33,125 nt of DNA from the NCBI GenBank assembly GCA_902766545.1, contig CACXEC010000045.1:1-33125 (forward strand). Direction: 5' to 3'. Position 1 is the stretch's first letter; each line of letters opens with the position of its first letter. The translations under genes and the position numbers were made by a program. Below, piece by piece: positions 8,885-17,277 of the stretch. The stretch is from an uncultured Erysipelotrichaceae bacterium (GTDB taxonomy: Bacteria; Bacillota_I; Bacilli_A; RF39; UBA660). The notes beneath the pieces were generated by a model that was not told where the DNA came from, ran no database searches, and saw only the letters and a list, made by a program, of their open reading frames with translations.

Positions 8885-8911
8885 ACTTTTTAATATTTTT
8901 CACATAAGATA
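8885..8911 (+). promoter_or_regulatory. Candidate sigmaK-type (late mother-cell) promoter
   Basis: AC(8885-8886)-16 nt-CATAagaTA(8903-8911) fits the AC-N16/17-CATAnnnTA consensus, 29 nt upstream of the coat-protein ATG. Confidence 0.3.
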
Positions 8912-8939
8912 TATTGAATAAATGAAAGGGTGAAAAATT

Positions 8940-9398
8940 ATGTGTAATAATAATGGGTCTGATGGTAATTGCATTGCAGAACTTTTAAAGGTTATATTAG
9001 TTTTACAACAAAATGTTTGTCCAGAAAATGGCTTAGATTCTTGTGATAGACCAATGCTTGGTGGCGGCGGAAACTGTCTAATATGCAATACGAGACCAGT
9101 AATGCTTTATATGTGCTGTGGAAATGGGGTTCCACTTTCAATGCCAACTTCAAAAGATGCAAGACAAGTTTGCTCTAATCCTTCTTTAGGTAGTAGTTGT
9201 CCGGATTGTTCAAATGTCTTTAGGGTCGAAAAAATAGAAGGTAACTGTTGTACATTTAGGGTGCTTACTGCAAATCCAGATGAAAGCTGCTGTAATAGTC
9301 AACCATGGATTGCAACTAATAGTTTCTTTACGATGAATTTAGATTGTTGTTGTATTGTAAGATGTTTAAATGATTGCTACGTTGATTGTGTATGTTAA
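8940..9398 (+). CDS. Cysteine-rich spore coat/exosporium protein, CotY/CotZ/ExsY family
   Basis: 22 Cys in 152 aa. Colinear with B. subtilis CotZ: CIAELLKVILVLQQNV ~ CVREAVENIEDLQNAV; VFRVEKIEGNCCTFRVL ~ FFRVERVHGSCATLSLL; MNLDCCCIVRCLN ~ VDLDCFCAINCLN. Confidence 0.8.
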   Translation: MCNNNGSDGNCIAELLKVILVLQQNVCPENGLDSCDRPMLGGGGNCLICNTRPVMLYMCCGNGVPLSMPTSKDARQVCSNPSLGSSCPDCSNVFRVEKIEGNCCTFRVLTANPDESCCNSQPWIATNSFFTMNLDCCCIVRCLNDCYVDCVC

Positions 9399-9403
9399 AT
9401 TAT

Positions 9404-9442
9404 TAAAAAAACTTCTATGAATTATTTTCATAGAAGTTTTTT
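9404..9442. terminator. Bidirectional intrinsic terminator between convergent genes
   Basis: CTTCTATGAA(9412-9421)-ttatt-TTCATAGAAG(9427-9436), flanked by an A-run upstream and a T-run downstream. It overlaps the last gatD codons. Confidence 0.6.
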
Positions 9443-10110
9443 AAATATTCGTTATAAGCTTTATATTCTGGTGTATTTGTATCAATATGATATTTATAGT
9501 TATTCTTAATACATAAGTCAGATACTATAAGATCTGTTAAATGAGGATTTCTAATTAATAATGGTCCAATTAAATATGTTCCATAGAAGTTCTTATAATT
9601 ATATCCCTCAGTTAGACTTTTATAATTATCGGCTAATCCACTTATAACTTTAAATAAATGATTTTCATTATTTTGTACTATATATTTACGATTTTGAAAT
9701 CCAATAATGGGAGATAGATCTTTATATACCATAAATGAGTGATCTCTTAGTCTTTTATCGCTTTTTGCATAATAATTAAAGATTCCAAGAGATGTAACAT
9801 CATCAATTGATTTTCCAAATAATAAATACGAATTTCCAGTTGCAATTAAATATTTATTATTTTCAATGTATTTTTTTATATCTTTTGCATATTTTTTTAA
9901 ATCGTTTAAGGCAATCATAAGACTTTCATCTGAACCAGAGCCTAGATAGACTAAATCATATGAGGAAAAATTAATTTTATCATTTATAGTTAAATAATCA
10001 ATTCTAATATCAATATTTTGATTTTTAAAAGCATTTTTTATGGCTAGTATGTTTCCTTGTTCACCATATAGATTTAATAAATCATAATATAAATGTGCGA
10101 CTTTAATCAT
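9415..10110 (-). CDS. gatD: GatD-like (CobB/CobQ-type glutamine amidotransferase) partner of MurT; catalytic Cys and His absent
   Basis: Colinear with S. aureus GatD: LNLYGEQGNILAI, LVYLGSGSDES, IIGFQN, EGYNYKNFYGTYLIGPLLIRN. The nucleophile motif AICGGYQFLG reads IATGNSYLLFG here. There is an 8-nt overlap with murT. Confidence 0.8.
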   Translation of the reverse strand: MIKVAHLYYDLLNLYGEQGNILAIKNAFKNQNIDIRIDYLTINDKINFSSYDLVYLGSGSDESLMIALNDLKKYAKDIKKYIENNKYLIATGNSYLLFGKSIDDVTSLGIFNYYAKSDKRLRDHSFMVYKDLSPIIGFQNRKYIVQNNENHLFKVISGLADNYKSLTEGYNYKNFYGTYLIGPLLIRNPHLTDLIVSDLCIKNNYKYHIDTNTPEYKAYNEYLKNFYENNS

Positions 10111-11443
10111 TTTGTTCCTCCAAGAATATTTTTTTTAGTACTGCAGTCATATCAAAGCATACCATAGTAAATATTGTACCTTTAGTTGTTTTTAATAGTT
10201 TGGGAATATCTTCGACATCATCTATAAGAAGTATTTTATCTTCTGGTATATTGGCATTTAATAATCTTGCTAAGCAATCATATCTAAATCTTCCAATAAT
10301 AATTATTTTATCGACATTTTTTAAGTTTAATATTTCAAAATCAACGTCATATAGCCAAGATAAATCATTATATTTATATCTTCTTGATACATTATCAAAT
10401 CCTAATATAATGGTTTTTTCATTAGGATAGTTATTTATATAGTTTAAGGATTGTAAATAGCTTAGATTATTTTCATTTTTAGATTCTATCATTTGAACTA
10501 AGCGATTATCAAAAGTTAAATTCTTAAGACGCTTAGATTCTAAAATATTTTTATTTAATGAATAATTTAATTGTTCGTCTGACAAACCAATTGTTTTACA
10601 TAGTGCAAATGCGGCTAAAGTGTAATATGCAGCAAAGAAAACATTTTTATTTAAGTGATATTCCTGATTATTGATAATCATGTTTTGTTTTTCCAAGTTA
10701 ACATTTTTAGCTAAGAAATCTACTTTTCTTGTAAAATCTTTGTTTGGACAAGTATATTTTCCAAGGTGTCCATAATGATAATAAGAATAATTTAATTTAG
10801 TGTGACAAAATGGACAATAAGCGGCATCTATATTATTAGAATATGGCTTATTTAAACTATATTTAGTTTTATCAATTCCGTATGTAGTAATTTTGTTATT
10901 TAAATAAGTAAGACGATTAACAAAAGGGTCATCAACATTTAGAATTAAGTGAACTTCTTCATTAAATGATTCTTTTATTTTGTTTAGAATAAGCTCTGGT
11001 TCACCATTACGAGCTGGTTGGTCTCTGGTAATATTGGTTATAACTAAATGTGTTAAAGTACTTTTCTTAAATGTTTCTTTAATATATGATTCATCCATTT
11101 CTAGTAGAAGAACATCGCCGTTTAATTTGTGAGTAAACGTATTTGTATTATTTAAAATAATAGTTGTAGTTCCATTAACAACATTTGATCCGCTTTTATT
11201 CCAAATTACTTTGTAGTTGTTGTCTTCTAGAATATGGGCTATCATGGAAGTTGTAGATCCTTTTCCTGAAGAGCCAGTAACTCCTATAACATATTTAGGA
11301 TACTTTATTTTGGATAAAATATTGCTATCTAGTTTTCTTACGATACTAGCAGGGAAAACTGATGCTTGTTTTCTAAATATTTTACAAATGATAGTTATTA
11401 TTTTATTTAGTAGTATTAAAAAGCTTATTTTCAAATTAATCAC
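10103..11443 (-). CDS. murT: Lipid II isoglutaminyl synthase subunit MurT (Mur ligase family)
   Basis: P-loop VIGVTGSSGKGSTTS; NITRDQ; Cys-rich ribbon CPFCHTKLNYSYYHYGHLGKYTCPN, as in MurT; DLSWLYDVDFE (DUF1727 region). The start is ambiguous: GTG 11443, or TTG 11434 which lies 5 nt after AGGTGA. Confidence 0.85.
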   Translation of the reverse strand: MINLKISFLILLNKIITIICKIFRKQASVFPASIVRKLDSNILSKIKYPKYVIGVTGSSGKGSTTSMIAHILEDNNYKVIWNKSGSNVVNGTTTIILNNTNTFTHKLNGDVLLLEMDESYIKETFKKSTLTHLVITNITRDQPARNGEPELILNKIKESFNEEVHLILNVDDPFVNRLTYLNNKITTYGIDKTKYSLNKPYSNNIDAAYCPFCHTKLNYSYYHYGHLGKYTCPNKDFTRKVDFLAKNVNLEKQNMIINNQEYHLNKNVFFAAYYTLAAFALCKTIGLSDEQLNYSLNKNILESKRLKNLTFDNRLVQMIESKNENNLSYLQSLNYINNYPNEKTIILGFDNVSRRYKYNDLSWLYDVDFEILNLKNVDKIIIIGRFRYDCLARLLNANIPEDKILLIDDVEDIPKLLKTTKGTIFTMVCFDMTAVLKKIFLEEQND

Positions 11444-11532
11444 CTATATTTATTATATCACGATTTATCTTATTTTTAAAAAAACTAGCAATATAGTGAT
11501 ATTTATAGTATAATTCTTTTAAGGTAGATAAG

Positions 11533-12762
11533 ATGAGAAAAATATATAGTGCATTAGATATTGGTTCTAGTTATATAAAACTCGTTGTGGGTGAATTTAT
11601 TAATAATCGCCTAAATATTTTGTGTGCTTTAAAAAAAGAAACTAGAGGTTTTAAAAATAATCAAATAACCAATTCTGATACTTTAATAAAATCGATTAAT
11701 TGTATTTTAAATGAAGCTAGTTTAAAATTGAATTTTAAGATAACTAAATTGATTGTTAACATTCCAACTGATTACAATGATTTTTTAATGAGTGATGGAA
11801 TGATAAAACTAGAAAATGAAGTAGTATCTACCAATGATATTATTAAAGTTATGCAAGAATGCACATTAAATAGAATAAAAGCAAATGATGAACTAATTGC
11901 TAGTCTTCCAATTATATTTAATGTAGGAGATAATGAAACTAATAGTCCTTTTGGAAAAAGAGGAAAAACCATTTCCGTAAAGAGTGTTTTAGTTTCAACG
12001 GATAAAAAGAAAGTATACGATTTAGTTAAACTTTTAGAAAAATGTGATATTCAAGTTATTGATATAACTACAACGGGTCTAGTTGATTACTATAATTTTA
12101 AATGTAGGGAATTCGACGGTGTTAATATGGTTGTTGTAAATATAGGTTATACGACTACTAATATTAGTGTATTTAGTAAAGGAATTTATATTAATAATAT
12201 TTGTTTGGAAGTTGGAGCAAGTGCTATTGATGCCCAAACGGCTAAACATTTTAATATAAGAAAAAAAGATGCTATATTTTTAAGAGAGACTTATGGTAGA
12301 CTAGTAAATGATAACTTAAAAGATGAAGATGATGTTTTAATAACTGATTTAGATGGAAAAGAAATAAGAATTAATAGGTATGAATTGTGTAAATTTATTA
12401 GTAAGCAATTACATGATATTATAAAATTAATTAAAAAAAATATAAATGACTTAACAAAAAAAGAAATTAGTTATATAATTATAACAGGGGGCTTAGCTGA
12501 GTTTAAAGATTTAGGAATTTTACTAGATCAAGAATTTGATAATGTTAAATTAGGAAATATAGAAGAAATAGGTGCTAGAGATAATTCGTTTAGTGTATCT
12601 ATTGGTGCTTTAAAGTATTTTAATGAAAAGTTAAGTCTTAGAGGAAAAGATTTTGGAATGTTAAGTGATGAAGATATCGAACTTTTAACTAATGGAAACT
12701 CAAAACTGGAAAGTGGAGAATCTTTGTTAGGAAAAGTTTTCAGTTATTTTTTTGATAATTAA
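11533..12762 (+). CDS. ftsA: Cell division protein FtsA
   Basis: Actin-fold N-terminus SALDIGSSYIKLVVGE and ITGGLAEFKDL. It lies immediately upstream of ftsZ. Confidence 0.9.
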   Translation: MRKIYSALDIGSSYIKLVVGEFINNRLNILCALKKETRGFKNNQITNSDTLIKSINCILNEASLKLNFKITKLIVNIPTDYNDFLMSDGMIKLENEVVSTNDIIKVMQECTLNRIKANDELIASLPIIFNVGDNETNSPFGKRGKTISVKSVLVSTDKKKVYDLVKLLEKCDIQVIDITTTGLVDYYNFKCREFDGVNMVVVNIGYTTTNISVFSKGIYINNICLEVGASAIDAQTAKHFNIRKKDAIFLRETYGRLVNDNLKDEDDVLITDLDGKEIRINRYELCKFISKQLHDIIKLIKKNINDLTKKEISYIIITGGLAEFKDLGILLDQEFDNVKLGNIEEIGARDNSFSVSIGALKYFNEKLSLRGKDFGMLSDEDIELLTNGNSKLESGESLLGKVFSYFFDN

Positions 12763-12780
12763 GAAGAGGAGAATTGTCTT

Positions 12781-13836
12781 ATGTTTGGATTAGAAATGGA
12801 TCAAATTGCAAAAATTAAAGTTATTGGAGTAGGTGGCGGTGGATGCAATGCTGTTAACCGAATGATTGAATCTGGTGTTAAAGGTGTTGAGTTTATTGTT
12901 GCCAATACTGATTTACAGGTTTTAAACGCATCTAAAGCTAGTAATAAACTACAAATAGGTGAAAGTATTACTAACGGGTTAGGTGCTGGGGCAAATCCTG
13001 AAGTTGGTAGACAAGCTGCTATTGAAAGTAAAGAAGAAATTAAGGAAGCTCTAAAGGGCGCTGATATGATTTTTGTTACTTGCGGAATGGGTGGTGGAAC
13101 AGGTACAGGAGCTGCACCTGTAATTGCTGAAATTGCTCAAGATATTGGAGCTTTAACAGTTGGGATTGTTACCAAACCATTTAGGTTCGAGGGTAAAAGA
13201 AGGATGGAACAAGCAATTATTGGGATCGATGAGTTAAAGAAACATGTTGATACATTAATTGTTATTCCTAATGATCGATTAAGAGAAATAATTGATAAAT
13301 CTACACCACTTACTGATGCATTTAAAGAAGTTGATAATGTACTTCATCGTGGTGTTCAATCTATTTCTGATTTAATTGCAGTATCAGGTTTAGTAAACCT
13401 AGACTTTGCAGATGTTAAAACAGTTATGGAAAAAAGAGGATCTGCTCTTATTGGTATTGGACTTGGTGTTGGTGAAAATAGAGCAATTGAAGCTGCTAAG
13501 CAAGCAGTGTCTAGTCCGCTACTTGAAACAAGTATTGAGGGAGCAACTGATGCTATAATTAATGTAACTGGTGGAACAAGTCTTACATTATTTGAAGCTG
13601 AAGATGCTGCTGAAGTTGTAAGACAGTCTTCAAATACAGATATTAATATTATTTTTGGTGCGGTTATTAATGAAAATTTAAATGACGAAGTAATTGTAAC
13701 AGTAATTGCTACGGGGTTTGATCGTGAAGATGAAGCAAATGAACCAGAAAAAAAAGAGGAAACTCCTAAATATCGTTATAATGATGATAATGATTTTGAT
13801 ATTCCTACCTTTTTAAGAGATAGAGATAATTTTTAA
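12781..13836 (+). CDS. ftsZ: Cell division GTPase FtsZ
   Basis: [17 protein letters not shown], the tubulin signature [17 protein letters not shown], and the C-terminal peptide DIPTFLR. Confidence 0.97.
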   Translation: MFGLEMDQIAKIKVIGVGGGGCNAVNRMIESGVKGVEFIVANTDLQVLNASKASNKLQIGESITNGLGAGANPEVGRQAAIESKEEIKEALKGADMIFVTCGMGGGTGTGAAPVIAEIAQDIGALTVGIVTKPFRFEGKRRMEQAIIGIDELKKHVDTLIVIPNDRLREIIDKSTPLTDAFKEVDNVLHRGVQSISDLIAVSGLVNLDFADVKTVMEKRGSALIGIGLGVGENRAIEAAKQAVSSPLLETSIEGATDAIINVTGGTSLTLFEAEDAAEVVRQSSNTDINIIFGAVINENLNDEVIVTVIATGFDREDEANEPEKKEETPKYRYNDDNDFDIPTFLRDRDNF

Positions 13837-13859
13837 GTCTAGAGTACTAGACTTTTTTT
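13836..13859 (+). terminator. Rho-independent terminator after ftsZ
   Basis: AGTCTAG(13836-13842)-agta-CTAGACT(13847-13853), then T6. Confidence 0.65.
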
Positions 13860-13908
13860 ATGCAAAAATGATATACTGATTATATATGGATAATAAAGGA
13901 GATTTATT

Positions 13909-15579
13909 ATGAACAAGAGTACAAAAATAGTATTAATAATATCAATTATTTCTATGATAGCGGTTGTTTCAGCACTATCTTATGCATATGTTAAAACTTA
14001 TCAAACTCAAACGGGGGTAAATACTATTTCCACTTTAGATTGTTTTGGAATAACATATGGTAATAGAGGTGAATATATTGAATTAACTGATACTTTTCCA
14101 ATGACTGATGCAGATGGCCTTAATACTGAACCATATGATTTTACTTTTACTAATAATTGTGACAGTCCTGTTTATGTAACTATTAATTTAGAAGGAACTA
14201 AAGTAACTGAAAATGCACTTGCTTTAACAAGTTTAAGGTATGCTTTTTATCGTACTGGTAGAACAGGTTATACAGCGGGTTCTGTAAATAGTTTAACTAA
14301 TGGTACAAAGGCAAATAGTTCAAGTACAAGTAGTAAAATACTTACTTATGTAATTTTAGGAGCTAACGAGCAAAGAAATTATTCTTTAAAATTATGGATT
14401 GGTGAAAGTGTTAATGTGAGTGAAATGGGAAAAACATATAAAGGTAAGGTAGTTCTTTCGGCAGTACCAATTAATTATACTAAAAAAACAGTGCCAGATT
14501 GGAATACTTCTAGTGGTACACTTTTAAACGCTATAAAAACTGGTAAGTATATATATGCTAATAACATGACTACACCAGGACGTGCAAATAATGCTAGTAA
14601 TGAAGGTATAATTTCAAGTTCAACTGATGACTATGGAACTAGTTATTACTTTAGAGGTAGAATTGATGATAACTATGTTGAATTTGCTAATATGTGCTGG
14701 AGAATAGTTAGAGTTACTGGTTCTGATGGAGGAACGGGAGAATATAATAATGCGATAAAATTAATATTATATAATTATAATCCAAATAATATTGAGCATC
14801 CATGTTCACAATATGTAGCAGGATCTGCCCTTGCTAAAGAATATGATAGTTCTGCAGATGGATTAAAGGGTTATAGTACTTTTAATTCCTCTAGAGATTC
14901 TAATGCATATATAGGATATATGTATGGAACTAGAAGAAGTACAAGCTATGAAGCCGAACACGCAAATACTAATAACTCAGCGATTTTTACTAGTTTAAAA
15001 AAGTGGTATGATTTAAAATTAAGCGATTATAGTGATTATCTAGCAGATGTAATATGGTGTAATGACAAAAGTGTTACAAGTGGAAGCGGTGCTAGTAATG
15101 TAAATTCACATTATGGAGCTTATGATAGAGTTAATAGTAAGACTACTGCTGTTCCGTCTTTGATATGTCCAGATGCTACTACGAATGATGAAAATTATAA
15201 AAAGATATCTAAGTTTACTGCTAGTTCTTCAACTGACGGTGGATATGGTAATGGTGCTTTGGCAGGATATAAAATAGGTTTAATTACAGCTGATGAATTT
15301 GCTTTTGCTGGTGGTAGTACAGATAATAATACTGTGTACTATTTATCAGAAAACGCTAGTGGAGAAGCTTATTGGATGTTATCACCAAATGGAGTTTTTA
15401 GCGGATATTCGAGGGTTTATGCGGTTAATACTTCAGGAGGTTTATCAACCAATAGTCAAACTTATAGTGCCATGGGTGTAAGACCAATGATAGCTTTAAA
15501 GAGTGATGTTACTGTTAATACTGGTAGTGATGGTACTACTACTAATCCTTATATTATTCAAGGAAGGATTGGTGCATAG
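13909..15579 (+). CDS. Secreted/anchored paralog A: TasA/SipW-type signal-like N-terminus, beta-rich N-domain, Cys-patterned DUF6273-like C-terminal module
   Basis: AAAGGAG RBS. N-terminus MNKSTKIVLIISIISMIAVVSALSYAYVKT. Motifs TDDYGTSYYFRG, FANMCWRIVRVTG, NAYIGYMYGT, YEAEHANT, YLADVIWCNDK, YWMLSPNG and GVRPMIALKS are shared with paralog B. Confidence 0.75.
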   Translation: MNKSTKIVLIISIISMIAVVSALSYAYVKTYQTQTGVNTISTLDCFGITYGNRGEYIELTDTFPMTDADGLNTEPYDFTFTNNCDSPVYVTINLEGTKVTENALALTSLRYAFYRTGRTGYTAGSVNSLTNGTKANSSSTSSKILTYVILGANEQRNYSLKLWIGESVNVSEMGKTYKGKVVLSAVPINYTKKTVPDWNTSSGTLLNAIKTGKYIYANNMTTPGRANNASNEGIISSSTDDYGTSYYFRGRIDDNYVEFANMCWRIVRVTGSDGGTGEYNNAIKLILYNYNPNNIEHPCSQYVAGSALAKEYDSSADGLKGYSTFNSSRDSNAYIGYMYGTRRSTSYEAEHANTNNSAIFTSLKKWYDLKLSDYSDYLADVIWCNDKSVTSGSGASNVNSHYGAYDRVNSKTTAVPSLICPDATTNDENYKKISKFTASSSTDGGYGNGALAGYKIGLITADEFAFAGGSTDNNTVYYLSENASGEAYWMLSPNGVFSGYSRVYAVNTSGGLSTNSQTYSAMGVRPMIALKSDVTVNTGSDGTTTNPYIIQGRIGA

Positions 15580-15580
15580 T

Positions 15581-17230
15581 ATGAATAAGAAAAATATAAT
15601 AATAATGATTGCCTCAATTAGTGTATTATTAATAACCGTTATTGGAGGATCATATGCTTATCTTAGATTATCTTTAGTACAGGATTCTAATTATAATAAT
15701 GTTATTAGTACATTGTCTTGTTTAGAAGTGTCAATAAGTGATGTATCCGCTCCCATAACAATTGAAGATGCACTTCCAACTGCTGACAATACTGGAATGG
15801 GATTAACTGGTTATACTTTTAGGTTAAAAAATAATTGTAATAATAGAGTAGAAGCTGAGATTAATTTAGAAAGTTTATCTGTATCTAATCAATTGTCTTT
15901 CAATTATGTAAATTATTCTATTAATGGAAGTGTGCCAGTTGCCTTAAATACTCGTTCAACAGTTTCACCTGCCACAATTTCTGGTGCTACAAGTAAAAAT
16001 ATTTTTAATACAACCATGGCAGCTCAGGAAGAAAGAGAATTTAATTTAAAACTTTGGATTTTAGAATCTTCAACTTTTGCTCAAGCAGGTAATAAGAATT
16101 TTCAAGGTAAAATTGTAGTTTATGCTAAAGCTATAAAAGATACTTGTTTAGAAAAACCAGCAGATATTGTAAATGCTTCTAATGGAACAATACTAAGTAA
16201 ACTTAATAGTGATAGATACTGTTATAGAAATCCAATAACTACTCCAGGAAAACAACTTTCAACTGAAAAAGAAGATATTCTTGCATCTACTACTGATGAT
16301 TATGGGACATCATATTATTTTAGAGGTAATGTTGGAAATAACTACGTTGTATTTGCTAATATGTGCTGGAGAATAGTGCGTATTACTGGAAATGATGGAA
16401 ATAGTGGAGACTATAATAATGCAACCAAGTTAATTCTTCATAATTATAATCCAAATAATCTAGCAAATCCATGTAACCAAATTAGACGTACATATGCTAT
16501 GGCAAGGCATACTGGAACTACTTATGAAATTGCTTTTAATACTGCAAGAAATTATAATGCTTATATTGGATATATGTATGGTACACCAAATGGTGGTTCA
16601 TATGAAGCAGAACATGCAAATACAAAAGATAGTCAAATGCTTGCTAAACTTAAACTATGGTATGATGCTAAACTTAGAAGTTATGATGAATATTTAGCAG
16701 ATACTGTTTGGTGTAATGATAAAAGACTTGGAGTATCTGGTAGAGGATATGGTAATACTTCAACTAGATATAGAGGATTTGACAGGGTTTATCCGTCAAG
16801 TGCTGTTACCAATGCTGCACCATCACTTGCGTGCGGTGAGTCAGCTGCTGATAATCATATAAGTAAATTTACTGCTCAGGAAACTACATATGGTAATGGA
16901 ATGCTTAAGACTGTGACTAATGGACAACCAACTAAATATTATCCAATTGGTTTATTAACTATTGATGAAGCTGAATATGCTGGATATATATATAATTCAG
17001 TTGCAAATTACAATTATTTAATGGAAAACACTCATTCAGTTTGGCTTTTAATGACTCCGGCTAATGGTAGTTCAAATACTACAATTATGGATGTAAATGG
17101 CAATAAATTAACAACAGCATATTCTAATACTACATATGGCGTAAGGCCAATGATATCATTAAAATCAAATGTTGAGGTTACGGGAACTGGTACTTCTATT
17201 GATCCGTATGTGGTACAACCTCTTTCATAA
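15581..17230 (+). CDS. Secreted/anchored paralog B of the preceding gene
   Basis: The true start is ATG 15581 (AGGAAGGA at 15561-15568), 1 nt after the stop of paralog A. The ORF-track start at 15503 lies inside gene A. N-terminus MNKKNIIIMIASISVLLITVIGGSYAYLRLS. Same motif set, e.g. FANMCWRIVRITG and GVRPMISLKS. Confidence 0.75.
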   Translation: MNKKNIIIMIASISVLLITVIGGSYAYLRLSLVQDSNYNNVISTLSCLEVSISDVSAPITIEDALPTADNTGMGLTGYTFRLKNNCNNRVEAEINLESLSVSNQLSFNYVNYSINGSVPVALNTRSTVSPATISGATSKNIFNTTMAAQEEREFNLKLWILESSTFAQAGNKNFQGKIVVYAKAIKDTCLEKPADIVNASNGTILSKLNSDRYCYRNPITTPGKQLSTEKEDILASTTDDYGTSYYFRGNVGNNYVVFANMCWRIVRITGNDGNSGDYNNATKLILHNYNPNNLANPCNQIRRTYAMARHTGTTYEIAFNTARNYNAYIGYMYGTPNGGSYEAEHANTKDSQMLAKLKLWYDAKLRSYDEYLADTVWCNDKRLGVSGRGYGNTSTRYRGFDRVYPSSAVTNAAPSLACGESAADNHISKFTAQETTYGNGMLKTVTNGQPTKYYPIGLLTIDEAEYAGYIYNSVANYNYLMENTHSVWLLMTPANGSSNTTIMDVNGNKLTTAYSNTTYGVRPMISLKSNVEVTGTGTSIDPYVVQPLS

Positions 17231-17237
17231 AAGATAA

Positions 17238-17271
17238 TTCGACACTTTAATTAGTGTCTTTTTTTTATAAT
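17238..17271 (+). promoter_or_regulatory. Candidate Spo0A-dependent spoIIG-type promoter (0A box / -35-like element, long spacer, TATAAT)
   Basis: TTCGACA(17238-17244) is the complement of the 0A box TGTCGAA and contains the -35-like TCGACA. TATAAT is at 17266-17271, giving a 21-bp spacer; the B. subtilis spoIIG promoter has 22 bp. Confidence 0.35.
17241..17266 (+). terminator. Rho-independent terminator after the paralog pair
   Basis: GACACT(17241-17246)-ttaatt-AGTGTC(17253-17258), then T8 (17259-17266). Confidence 0.6.
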
Positions 17272-17277
17272 TATTTT

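Noticed and set aside
15503-15580. The ORF-track start of paralog B at 15503, giving an N-terminal extension MMLLLILVVMVLLLILILFKEGLVHS.
   Set aside because: The extension lies entirely inside the 3' end of paralog A in another frame. The ATG at 15581 has a strong RBS and gives an N-terminus parallel to that of paralog A.
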